From positions 39,381,489 to 39,414,465 of the forward strand of contig NC_057719.1 of assembly GCF_004010195.1 (NCBI RefSeq): a stretch of 32,977 bases of DNA. Direction: 5' to 3'. Under the pieces are notes generated by a model. That model saw only the letters and a list, made by a program, of their open reading frames with translations. It made no database searches and was not told the origin of the DNA. Shown one piece after another: positions 10,150 through 20,949 of this stretch; within the stretch, counting starts at the first letter, position 1, and every line of letters starts with the position of its first letter. The translations under genes and the position numbers were made by a program. The stretch is from Chiloscyllium plagiosum. Lineage: Eukaryota.

Positions 10150-10994
10150 GTAAGGTTCTCCGTATAAGGTAGCTAATTTAACTTGGGGTGCGGTTAGGTG
10201 GATGGGTGATAGCTGAAACGTGTTGGGAAAACTGGATGAGGGGTTTCTCAAAATGGCGCCGTGCGGCCCGGCTGGAACTGAGTGATCCCTCCCTCCCTCC
10301 CTCCATGACCGTGTGACGCAGTCTGCGCCACTTGGTCGGATGGTCCTGGCTTGTACTGATATACTATGGTGGGCCCCTCCCGAGTGTTGCAATCTCGCAA
10401 CCTTGTTTCTCCTTGAATGCCCGTCGATGGGTAGTCGCTCAGAAGTGCTCCACTGAGGTGAGTGGAATATTTTTTTCGCTGCCCTGCAAAGTGTGCATTG
10501 CGCATGGTAGTGCTGGGCAGTGACTCACGTGTTGCGGACGCTGGGTTGCTGCATCAGGCGATGACTCAGCGCTTGGCTGCCGCCTCCTTCTCAATAAACC
10601 CCCTTGTCACCAAAATGCCACCTGGCTGATCGTTTATTACTCTCGTTAGTGTTGGTTCGTGCCATTGGCTCAAGTGCATTTTTTTTTCATCTATACAACT
10701 ATAGATGAGTACTTTGTATTTGTCACAAACTTTGAATATGTGACTGAGGTGAACACTTATGTATTAAATCCATCTGTGTTAGGAGAGGTGCTTGTATTTT
10801 TAACTCTTCTTTTCCTTTCTCCTGTTTTAAGGAAACAAAGCTACATAATTTTTATTGATCTAATGTAATGATTGTAGAACACTTTATAAACTATAACTTC
10901 CAATCTGCAGTCCAAAGATGTCCCTATGCAGAGTATGAGAGAAGTAATATACCTTGTTTAATTTCTCACCCTTTATTTCTCTCTTGCACCACAG

Positions 10995-11202
10995 AGCTGT
11001 TGCGCAGCCATTGGTACCTGTGTCGGGGAAACCTAACCAACAAACGGGGGACTTGCAGCCTGAGTGGCGCAAACTTTTTCATGTCAGAGACCGAGTACAC
11101 TTGCAATTGTTTATGTCATCCATTCTTCTTCAGACAGAAGATACCAAAAAATTCCATTCAAAGATCTTTTCACTTTACTCATAAATCTAATAGTAAACCA
11201 GA
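10995..11202 (+). other. EIF5: EIF5 5'UTR portion of the first coding exon
   Basis: Polypyrimidine tract plus CAG acceptor ending 10994; closely resembles the mammalian EIF5 leader as recalled (AGCTGTTGCGCAGCCATTGGTACCTG...TTTTTCATGTCAGAGACCGAG...CAGACAGAAGATACCAAAAA). Confidence 0.8.
11113..11184 (+). promoter_or_regulatory. Short uORF (23 aa, MSSILLQTEDTKKFHSKIFSLYS) from uAUG3, same frame as EIF5
   Basis: TTT-ATG-T poor context; stop TAA at 11182-11184. Confidence 0.7.
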
Positions 11203-11274
11203 ATGGCTGTCAACGTCAACCGCAGTGTGTCTGACCAATTCTATCGGTACAAAATGCCCCGTCTGATTGCTAAG
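11203..11274 (+). CDS. EIF5: EIF5 coding exon 1
   Basis: [24 protein letters not shown], donor GTAAGA. Confidence 0.96.
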
Positions 11275-14200
11275 GTAAGAGTGATTGGAAATGTTTGAAT
11301 TGGTTTCAACTTGGAACTTGACTGTCAAAAGCTAAAATGTAATCTTCCTTAGGTCGAGGGCAAAGGGAATGGTATAAAGACAGTAATAGTCAACATGGTT
11401 GATGTTGCCAAGGCGCTTAATCGGCCTCCAACGTGTAAGTATTAATTCTAGCTTCATATGCCAGAGGTTATGCCATTGTCTAGCTCTAACTAGAAATTTT
11501 ATTACAGTTCACTTTCTTAACTGTTCTACACCGATGCAAAAGCTTTAGCTATTAAAATCTCTCTCATTCTATTTTAGAAATAGGTAGCTAGTCTGACCAC
11601 TTGTGCCATCTGGTTATTTTAATGAAAAATTCCAACAGTTGACAATAGTGTTGGAGAGTGTAATGTAGATATGTGCAGCATGGGAAAGGGCCCTTTGGTC
11701 CAACTTGTCCATGTCAGCCAGATATCTTGACCTAATCAAGTGGCATTTGTCACCATTTGGCCCATATCCCTCTAAATCTTTCCTGATCATACACCCATCC
11801 AGATGTATTTTTAATGCTATAATTGTACCAGCCTCCAACACTTCCTCTGGCAGCTCATTTCATACAGGTACCACCCTCTGTGAAAAAGTTGTCTCTTAGA
11901 TCCCTTTTATATCTTTCACCTCACCCTAAACCTATGCCCTCTAGTTCTGGACTCTTCCAACCCAGAGAAATGATCGTGTCTCTTCATCTTATCCATGCCC
12001 CTTGTGATTTTATAAACTTCTATAAGGTCATCCCTTAGCATCCATTCCAGGAAAAAAACTGTCCCAGCCTATTCAACCTCTCCCTATAGCTCAAATCTTC
12101 CAACCCTGGCAGCCTCCTTGTAAATCTTTTCTGAACCATTTCAGGTTTCACAACATTCTTTTTGGTTGAAGCCCACCACATAACAATGGCTTATTAAATC
12201 TGCATTTTCTGTAGAATTTCCCATTGAGCTGTTCTGAATCAGCCTTTTAAAACAAAAACATTGAATTTCAATATCTGTCTTGGAGCTTATTCCACCCTGA
12301 AGGGAGGTGATGAATAAGGGCATATTTTCCCAAAATAATGAAGGGATTTAATGAAATCTGCTTTATTCTTTACATGGTGAAATAACTAGATATTTGGCTG
12401 TCGGTTATAAATATAAGAATTGAGGTTATCTTCGGCTGTATGTACTATGGAGCACATCTGTACAGCTTTCTCAAACCATAAATCCATTGCACCCTTTTTA
12501 AATAAACAATCCCAGCACTACATGTACTTATATCTAGGTTTTAATAGCTGAATTGCTGAGGCATAAAGTCACTTTGTCCACTTCATTTTTTTTTTTAGAT
12601 TATGTAATTTGGGGAAAATGAGGTCTGCTGCAAAAAAATTGAGGTACTTTTGATTGCAGTTAGTCCTTTCATCTAATGCCAAACCCTAGTCGTCGGACTG
12701 TCCTGGTGCAGAAAATGAGATCACTGAATTAAATCTGTGATTTGCAGGTGGTAAATGCTGGTTGCTGAAACAATGCAAAAGTCAGCTGTACTATCTTATT
12801 TTGGCTGAGCTTGATGATCACTGGATATTAAAAGTTGAAAATTTTACTAATTCTGTAATGTTTTGATTTGAACATTTTTGTTTAAAATCTTAGATCCCAC
12901 CAAGTTTTTTGGTTGTGAGCTGGGAGCTCAGACCCAGTTTGATTCAAAGAATGACCGTTATATTGTGAATGGATCTCATGAGGCGAATAAGCTGCAAGAC
13001 ATGCTGGATGGATTCATTAGGAAATTTGTCCTTTGTAATGAGTGTGAGAATCCTGAAACTGACCTGGTGAGTGTTCAGTAAGTATGAAATACTGTTGGTC
13101 AGTACAGAACACTTTTTTTTCTAGCTTTACATGGAGCATGATTAAAACCATTTTGAGGGTAGGGGTCTCTTGAAAAGCTTGGTGCAGTTTGTCACTTTGT
13201 CTGTAGGTTTGAATGTTTTCAATTTGCCAGTGTCTATCACAAGCTCCACAAACCTGTGCATTTTATTCATTCAGTTCTTCTGTCTTTGCAGCCTGCCATG
13301 CTGTTCATCTCCATTTGAGGATTTCTGCCTAATGTTGGCAGGCCACTATCATGTCTAATAGACTTCATGTACTGACACCTTCAAGGCCCTCTTCAATCTT
13401 CTGCCAATTTGTTCCTCACCAGCCACAGCATGATGCCACAGCCATGTCCTCCAGTATTTCAAAAGGGCTTTTGTCATTTTTGGGAGAAGGAAGACTAACC
13501 TTTTTCCTCCCAAGTGACAGTTTGTACTTTTTAAGCATACAGTTACTGCTGTTCAATGATCCAGTTAACAGACTAGTCACTGCACCATATCCCTGTTGAG
13601 GCCACAGGCATGGACCCAAGTTTTTTACTTTTTTTAATCTTCTACTTTAGTGCTTGCTATTGTGACCTGAAGCTTTCCAATGAAAGCTTGAAGCAAACTT
13701 GAGAAACAGATCTTCTAACTACTTTTGGCTCTGCACTGATTTTCAAACTCAACATGAGTATAATTTTCATTGCCTCCTGTGCCCACAAAACCTAAAAAGT
13801 ACATTTGCTGAATTCAGGTGGTTGCTGTTCAGGTGTTTACACCTCATGTAGCTGCCAGCATTACTCCTGTACTGAGTTTACTGTGGCGTTAGTATAAGTT
13901 ATTTTAGACTTCAATTTTCTTCTCTCCCCTCTAGTTTGATGGGGGGGGGGGGAGAGTTGTTACTGAGCTGATGTAAATAGGTAGCAGGCAGAGAATTATA
14001 ATACTTCTATTAGACTTGCAGAATATCCAACATTAAACCTTTAGACATAGACTTGAACCCAGTTACTTTTTTCTCCTTGGTTTAAATGGAGTTTTGTAAA
14101 CTGTACATGACCTGCAGTTTTTCAAATTTAACAAAGATGTGATCTTAATTTTTCAGCATGTCAATCCAAAGAAACAAACTATTGGTATTTCCTGTAAAGC

Positions 14201-17133
14201 CTGTGGATACAGAGGCATGCTTGACACACGCCACAAACTCTGCACGTTCATTCTTAAAAATCCACCTGGTAAGTGTAGTGTTTGTTTTTCTTTACCATTT
14301 GAGTTGCAAAGCTGAAATCCAGCAGTAATTAAGATATTTACATAATGTGTTCCAGAAAATGGAGATGGTGGCTCAGCCAAGAAAGAGAAGAAAACCAAAA
14401 AGGGTAAAGACAAGGAGAATGGATCAGTACCTAATTCAGAATCATCCACCCACAATGAGTTTGATGCACCAGAAGCAGTGGTAAATCTTCACCTTGTACA
14501 TAAGAATTTGCAGAACATCCCAGACAGGCTATTTCAGCTGCTAGTTCTTGACAATTTAACAAGTTACACTCCTTATTGTTCTCCTTTCTCCTTTACTGGC
14601 TTGTTTTTTTTTCCAAATGTTTTATCCAATTTTTTTTTTGGAAGCTGATTTGAATATGCTGCTTGTGAGCAATACAGTCTGGATCCTAAACACTTCCTCA
14701 ACCAGACCTACCACTTTGGCTGCTTGGCTTGCACACAATTTTAGTTAAACTGCTTGATGTTCATAGAGTCTCTGGAGGGGGAAAAGTTAATCTATTAACC
14801 CACTTCTCCGTTAGGATGGTGAAGATGATGACGATGATTGGTGTGAAGAAACTACAGAGGAAGCCCAGAGGCGTCGAATGGGTGAAATCAGTGAGCATGC
14901 CAAAAACTTGACACTCAGTGATGATCTGGGAAAAACATTAGAGGAAAGAGTGAACTTATTCTACAACTTTGTCAAGGTATTCATTATGTCCTGCATCTTC
15001 AAATATATTGGCCCCTGAGTTTATGGCTTTGCTTCTGAAATTCAAAGTCTAACTTTCTCATGGTTTCCATTTAGAGACTTAAGTAGAGTCTATGCAGCAG
15101 AGAAACTGGCTTTTCATCCCCACTCATCCATGCTAACCAGGTTTCCTAAACTGAACTATCCCTTTTTGCCTATGTTTTGGCCCATATCCCTCAATGTTTC
15201 CTATCCATGTACCTGTCCAAATGTTTTTTAAATGCTGTGTTGTACCTGTCTCTACTATTTCCTTTATCATTCCAAATAAGCCTCGCCTTAACTCAAATAC
15301 TCCAGTCTTGGCAACATAGTAAAAAAAATTTTGCTCCCTTTTGCAGTTTAATAACATCCTGTAGCAGGTTGACCAGAACTGTATGCAGTATTCAAATTAT
15401 GGCTTTGTATAGCTGTATCATAATGACATCCCAACTCCAGGACTTGATGCTCTGACTAAAGGCAAGCATGAACAATAAGTATTTATATAGGCTGTACAGA
15501 AGTTGGGTTTAGAATCACTCTGATCTAATACCAATTATGGAAATTTGCCTTTAAGTTTGGTTCCTCTTCTCCCATGTGTGGGTGCATTAGCTATAACAAG
15601 CTTTATTGACTTCGCTTGATTTCTGAACAGAGATTATTGAAAGTCTGAAATCTTATCAACTTGCTAACTTTTGCTGTGATATCTAAAATGCAGAAAAAGA
15701 AGGAAGAGGGCATTATTGATTCTGCTGATAAAGATCTTCGATCAGAAGCTGAAAGACTGGATGTAATAGCTATGGGCCCTCTCATACTAAGTGAACTGCT
15801 TTTTGATGAGAACATACGAGATCAGATCAAGAAATATAAACGGCACTTTCTACGTGTAAGTAGTTTTTCCCTCCAACTGAACAAATCTTCAGATGCTAGA
15901 AATCTGACATGGCTGGAGAAACTCCACCAGTCTGGCAGCATCCATGGAGAGAAGGCAGATGGTGGGTCTGAAAGTTCCCTGGAATCAACCCTAACTGCTT
16001 TTGCTTCATAGGTGTTGCTGGAATGGAGTATCTCCAGAAATTCGTTTTTAAAAAACTTTAGATTAACACTGCCTTACAAACTGTTCACTTGACAGTTCTG
16101 CCATGGTAATAAAAAGGCTCAGAAGTATTTACTCGGTGGCTTTGAGTGTCTGGTGAAAATACATCGGGACCAACTGCTGCCCAGAGTTCCACATGTATTG
16201 AAGCAGCTTTATGATGCTGATCTCTTGGAAGAAGAGGTTATTCTTGCCTGGGCTGAGAAAGTAAGTTGAACAAATGTGAAAACTATTTTTGGCTGAATGT
16301 TGATATGTATTGGGTTTTTGTAAAAATTGATGGAAAAAGTTGGGGTGGATGTACTACTATGCACTGGCAATTAATGGATTGTTTATCAGTATTCTGTATT
16401 TGAAATTAAGAGCCATTGAGAATTTGGCTGAATGACATCCGTTCAATTTCAAGGGTAGTTGAGTGAAAATCTCAATTTTAAAGTTTGAGAATTCCTAGTC
16501 TGACTTTTTTGAGTTAGAGGTGACTAATTCTATGCACCTTGTTTGTTCTTAGTCAAGGTTCTGCAATCTGAAGTCTAATACTTAAAAAAAAACTAGTAGC
16601 TTAACATTGTGTATGGGTTTCAGTATTGATGTTTAGTTCTGATTTAACTAGAATTTTTATTGTATGCAAGGTATCCAAGAAGTATGTCCCCAAAGAACTT
16701 GCCAAAGAGATACATGCAAAGGCAGATCCATTTATTAAGTGGCTAAAAGAAGCTGAAGAGGAATCTGAAGAGGAAGAGGAGGAATCTGAAGAGGAGAAAG
16801 ATGTGGAGGTAAATATTTAAATTATAACTATCTTAGTTCCCTTCTAACTTATGAAGTTAGAACACTAGTGCTCCAATGTGTACTAAGTGTTGATTTCAGT
16901 TGTCAATGTACCCTTTGATCTAGTACATCTATCCAATTTTTTTTTTGGTTTTGGCAGCTCTAATTTGGAGAAATCTGGGATTTTATGCATAATGTGGGTG
17001 TGTTGCATTCATTAAACAAATCCTGTTTATTTTACAGGTGGTTTACGATAGCTCTGCAAGAGAACTGAAAGTGGAAACTCTGAAACCCATTAAGACAAAA
17101 GAGGAAGAGGATATAGATATTGATGCTATTTGA
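11203..17133 (+). CDS. EIF5: Eukaryotic translation initiation factor 5, 428 aa; join(11203..11274,11353..11434,12894..13066,14157..14268,14356..14480,14815..14976,15694..15855,16096..16260,16671..16808,17038..17133)
   Basis: All introns are GT-AG, phases are consistent, and the CDS totals 1287 nt with no internal stop. Protein begins [34 protein letters not shown] (GAP Arg15) and has the C4 zinc site CNEC/CKAC, the DWEAR motif, the W2/HEAT domain with AA-boxes, and the C-terminus DIDIDAI*. Confidence 0.97.
11353..11434 (+). CDS. EIF5: EIF5 coding exon 2
   Basis: [30 protein letters not shown] acceptor, GTAAGT donor. Confidence 0.96.
11660..12160 (-). mobile_element. CR1 LINE 3' fragment in EIF5 intron
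   Basis: Reverse complement of about 30355-30845. Confidence 0.85.
12894..13066 (+). CDS. EIF5: EIF5 coding exon 3
   Basis: (Y)[57 protein letters not shown], donor GTGAGT. Confidence 0.96.
14157..14268 (+). CDS. EIF5: EIF5 coding exon 4
   Basis: [37 protein letters not shown], donor GTAAGT. Confidence 0.96.
14356..14480 (+). CDS. EIF5: EIF5 coding exon 5 (linker)
   Basis: (E)[41 protein letters not shown], donor GTAAAT. Confidence 0.9.
14815..14976 (+). CDS. EIF5: EIF5 coding exon 6
   Basis: [54 protein letters not shown]. Confidence 0.94.
15085..15470 (-). mobile_element. Decayed CR1 LINE 3' fragment in EIF5 intron
   Basis: TTTTGGCCCATATCCCTC...GGCAACAT...ACATCCCAACTCC...AAAGGCAAGCATG match the reverse complement of the CR1 3' region. 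Confidence 0.65.
15694..15855 (+). CDS. EIF5: EIF5 coding exon 7
   Basis: [54 protein letters not shown]. Confidence 0.95.
16096..16260 (+). CDS. EIF5: EIF5 coding exon 8
   Basis: [55 protein letters not shown]. Confidence 0.95.
16671..16808 (+). CDS. EIF5: EIF5 coding exon 9
   Basis: [49 protein letters not shown] acceptor. Confidence 0.94.
17038..17133 (+). CDS. EIF5: EIF5 coding exon 10 (stop)
   Basis: [34 protein letters not shown]. Confidence 0.94.
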   Translation: MVYDSSARELKVETLKPIKTKEEEDIDIDAI

Positions 17134-19125
17134 TGTATTCTTGCAGGGGACAAAATCAACCCATAAATCTTGCAGCAGAGCAGTCAGTAACGAAGAAATT
17201 GCTGTGTTTAAACGGCAGTTGCTGAATTCGGACTCTGCTAGTCAAATTCTCCAATATGACTCTAGTAACACTTCACCATCGCCTCCCTACCAGTTAGGAA
17301 CTGACAGCATGTCCAAAGTCTAAATGGTAGACTGGTCCTGCAAATTTTTTTTTATTTGTCTATACATTTTCTCTTGTTGCTATTGGGTAACACTTCAGCA
17401 TTTACTATGCATTTCTACAGGGATGTAAATTACAAATTAAAGGGGTTTGTGTTCTGCATACCAGCACCTGGGTTTTTATTCAGTATATAAATATAACTTG
17501 TCAAACAAGTTTCAGGTTTTAATTCCCTATTAAAATCTGAACTGCTTCACTGGATGTGGAGGCTATTGCTTCAACTGCCTAACTATATGTAAGAGTATAC
17601 TGCTATTGAGTGCTTCATGATTTAAGCAGTTTGTAGTGAGGTAAGAAACAGTCCATTTAATTACACATTTCCTGTGCAATATATTTGTCTTTTGGATGAT
17701 GGGTGAACTTTTTTGCAGAGTCTGAGTGCTCTCACCCACTTAACTTACCTGTGTATGTGTGTTTAACAGTCCTGTTTAGTCATCGAAACTCAGAATTTGC
17801 TGCTTTTTCTTTTTGTGGGTGCAATAGCTGGTATTGATGCACATGGTATGACAATGGAATTACTTATTGCTTGGTAGAAGTGAAGGTTTTTCACTTACAC
17901 TTACAATTTAAATGCATGTTTATTTTGGCAGTTTTTCTAATGTTTGGTAGTTCAATTACTTAGTCTTGAAAGTATAAAAATTGGAGATTTAAAATCTTGG
18001 ATACTTTGAATCTTGGCCACTGTGGATTTCATTTTGAGTAAAGCTTCTCCTGATCCAGAACAACTTTGAATTTCCCTCTAGTTTTGTTGACCTTCTCTAC
18101 TTGAATCAGGTCTGAGATTTGGCTTTTGGGGTCTAGCATTCCTATAACATAACATGATAGCAAAAACTGCAAGGGGAAGATGGTAAATTTATCCTGATCT
18201 GGGGTATGCTTCACATGTGCCTTTTGATCTTCAAAGTTTGTGTACAGACTTTAAGGAAAAAATCTAGATTAGGCACCCAATTGTGAAAGGTAGCCATTGA
18301 TTTGAGAATATGTACATAACTGCAAAATTGACTTTAAATTTGCTCAGTCTACTAGCAACCGTTGCACATCACTTGTTCACGCATCATTCTAGTTGTAATT
18401 GACCTACATTGAAAAAATCTTTAAATATTTGCTACTTAAAAGTATTAACTAGTCACAATAGTGCCAGTGTTCTCTTTTAAAGTCTGAGATCTTCAGTTAG
18501 GATGTGACAGACCAAATTTTTATCAGTTTTCAATTTTGTGGTTTGCATTAAAGCATGGTATGTCAATTTATCTAGCTGAACAAAAGATAACAACTGAAAT
18601 TTACATCTCTTGGATGCAGGACTGCTACTGTTTCATATATTTGCACCCTGCTGATAAGGAATAACACTTTGAGCCATACCACTTTCTTTTGATTTCTGGG
18701 CTGTGAATAAATCCTCACTTACTGAGAGCCTCTGATTTCAATTAGTTTTTCTTACTGCTTTTTTCCCCTCCTTCACTGGACCAGGCCAGCAACAAAAGAT
18801 TTTTTTTTCCTGAATATTATCCGTATAAGGTCAATGCCTTTCCAAGAGAATGAATCCTTTAAAGTCGACACAGTATAGGATTGTGGTAAGGCAGTATGTT
18901 GTGAAGTGTTTTATATTGAAACAATCAAGGCTTAACAGCTTTTTATATTTTGATATACAATTTGCTGATTCTCAACCTGGCCTCCATTCTTGACTTCAAG
19001 TCATTGGCATCTAAAGGATAAACCATAGAGCATGAGTTCAAAACCAATTGAAATCTGATCAGTTCTCTATTTTCTTGTAGAAACATATTGCATGTGAATA
19101 AAGTTAGCTTAGCTTTTATGTAAGC
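17134..19125 (+). other. EIF5: EIF5 3'UTR with candidate poly(A) signals
   Basis: T-rich, apparently repeat-free stretch; ATTAAA 17529-17534, AATAAA 18706-18711 and 19097-19102; the true end is unknown. Confidence 0.55.
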
Positions 19126-20398
19126 TATTTCAGTTGTGCTTGTCATCTTTGTAAGTCTTTCAACTTATCCACTTAACTCCAGTATCTACTCATGGCTACA
19201 ATTCTCAATGTTTCATAAATAACTAATTTCACTAAACTACATTAGAGCTGCAGCTCAATTCTTAGTTCTTCACCTGCATTAATGAGCAGTGTTGTCAGAT
19301 GTCTGGCTACCAGGATATCCCATAGCAACCATGTTTTAGCTGCCTCAAAGTGCTGGAGAAGTTCAGTACGTTTATGAGACTCAGATTTGTAAAATGTTAC
19401 CTTCCACACAACTAAATGTTGAATTTCTCTACTTCATTTTTACTACTGTATACTCAGGTTGCATATAAAACCCATCATTGTACCTACCTCAGCAAAAATA
19501 ATGTGAGATCATGTAGTTCATCCTTTTGACCACCAAACTGCAAAGTTGTGGTGGGCTTTTATGCAGGACTGAGTACTGAGACTTGTATGTGGAATCTGTG
19601 CACCAGAATAACCAAATTTAAAAAGAGACTTCATTTGAAATGAAGTGCACATTTAGACGGAATATGGAGTGGAAATCTCCAGTCAGCAAATCATTTGAAA
19701 CTGAAAACAGATGCAGAATCTTTAGGGTGCATATCAACCAAATTTCCCAGGTGGTATCTTTTACCTTGAAGAATTCTCACTCAAATTTACTTAGTCCAGC
19801 TCCAGTCCACAGATGTAATTATAAAATGTTGATGTTCTATAGCCAATAGCACTCGTGCTGTGAACCTAAAGTGGGAAAGTTTTGGCTCCGTCTACGCCAA
19901 ACTGTATGCTAATCCCATTTTCATAGAACTTGGTCCATACTACTATTCCAGCTGTTACAACAGAAACCAGGAGTATAATGTGTGATAATAGTTATATTAT
20001 TCACGAGGTTACACAAACCTTTTGAATAACATGCATCATGATTTAGATACGTATTTCTTAGTGTCAAAAGAAAAGCTGCACAAAGGGGTCAACTTAGAGC
20101 AGTTCATTACCTTTGATCAATTAATTTGCAAGAGAATCACAGGTCTTATTAAAAAAGCTGCTTGGAGAACTGGCAAATCGTGAATACTGACTGTGGTGGC
20201 TAACCATACTTAATGTGCATTCACTTATGTAGTATAAAGTTAGGGTTGTGATAATGAGCTGAGAAAAACAGTTGGTCCATTGGGGATGGAGTGTCAAATA
20301 CCTCCTAGGAGATTTAGCTACTCAAAAGCAGTAATTTAACCTTGTTTGAAAAGTATACATTTTTGACCTCTGATCTATCTGAAATAGCGTTTAAGTGA

Positions 20399-20710
20399 GC
20401 GGCATGGTGGCACAGTGGTTAGCACTGCTGCCTCACAGCACCAGAGACCCGGGTTCAATTCCCGACTCAGGCGACTGACTGTGTGAAGTTTGCACGTTCT
20501 CCCTGTGTCTGCGTGGGTTTCCTCCGGGTGCTCCGGATTCCTCCCACAGTCCAAAAATGTGCAGGTCAGGTGAATTGGCCATGCTAAATTGCCCGTAGTG
20601 TTAGGTGAAGGGGTAAGTGTAGAGGTATGGGTGGGTTGCGCTTTGGCGGGTCGGTGTGGACTTGTTGGGCCGAAGGGCCTGTTTCCACACTGTAATGTAA
20701 TCTAATCTAA
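20399..20710 (+). mobile_element. Full-length tRNA-derived SINE, HE1/V-SINE type
   Basis: A box TGGCACAGTGG, B box GGTTCAATTCC, V-domain GTTTGCACGTTCTCCCTGTGTCTGCGTGGGTTTCCTCCGGGTGCTCCGG, CR1-like tail GGGCCGAAGGGCCTGTTTCC, (TCTAA)n end. Confidence 0.9.
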
Positions 20711-20949
20711 TGAATTTTTGAACATTTGACAATTTTGTATGCCTCTATGAAATCAGTATGCATTTCCATAGGGCATCTAGCTAAGACACCTGTTATCCTC
20801 CACCCAGGTTTCCTATCATCTACGCGGTGGCCTATTCCATAATGTCTAGATTTATGCCTCAACTTTTAACTATAAAACAATGAGCGGAAGTAAGCCATTC
20901 AACAAAGTGACTGTTCACCTGTACAATGAGATGACTGCTCTTCAGCAGT

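Larger units (their letters stand above)
9540..10620 (+). promoter_or_regulatory. CpG-rich promoter region of EIF5
   Basis: CpG density is visibly high against a CpG-poor background. Motifs: TCTCGCGAGA 9579-9588; CCAAT boxes 9703-9707 and 9733-9737; GC-box-like GGAGGCGGGT 9751-9760; TATAGAAA 9807-9814; YY1-like CAAAATGGCGCC 10249-10260; TGACTCA at 10521 and 10562. Confidence 0.8.
10128..11266 (+). promoter_or_regulatory. Spliced inhibitory uORF of EIF5, join(10128..10149,10995..11266), 97 aa; in-frame second uAUG at 11081
   Basis: MSLFCEN-E-LLRSHWYLCRG...FFMSETEYTC...GTKCPV*; out of frame with, and overlapping, the main ATG at 11203. Confidence 0.65.

Noticed and set aside
10868..10994. N-terminal part of the 132-aa ORF 10868-11266
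   Set aside because: Lies in the intron and polypyrimidine tract; only the part from 10995 is exonic, as the uORF.
11435..17037. SNORA28, the H/ACA snoRNA hosted in a mammalian EIF5 intron
   Set aside because: Only short scattered word matches were found (e.g. AAAGTCTAAC near 15044, GCTTGCTAT near 13652), with no two-hairpin H/ACA structure carrying both guide pockets. A cmsearch with the Rfam SNORA28 model would settle it.
17120..17323. Stop-codon readthrough or overlapping ORF at the EIF5 end
   Set aside because: The stop context TGA-TGTA is not the TGA-CTAG readthrough motif, and the 67-aa ORF has no recognisable features.
20401..20470. tRNA gene
   Set aside because: The A and B boxes belong to a SINE head that continues into a V-domain and LINE-like tail; no clean cloverleaf.
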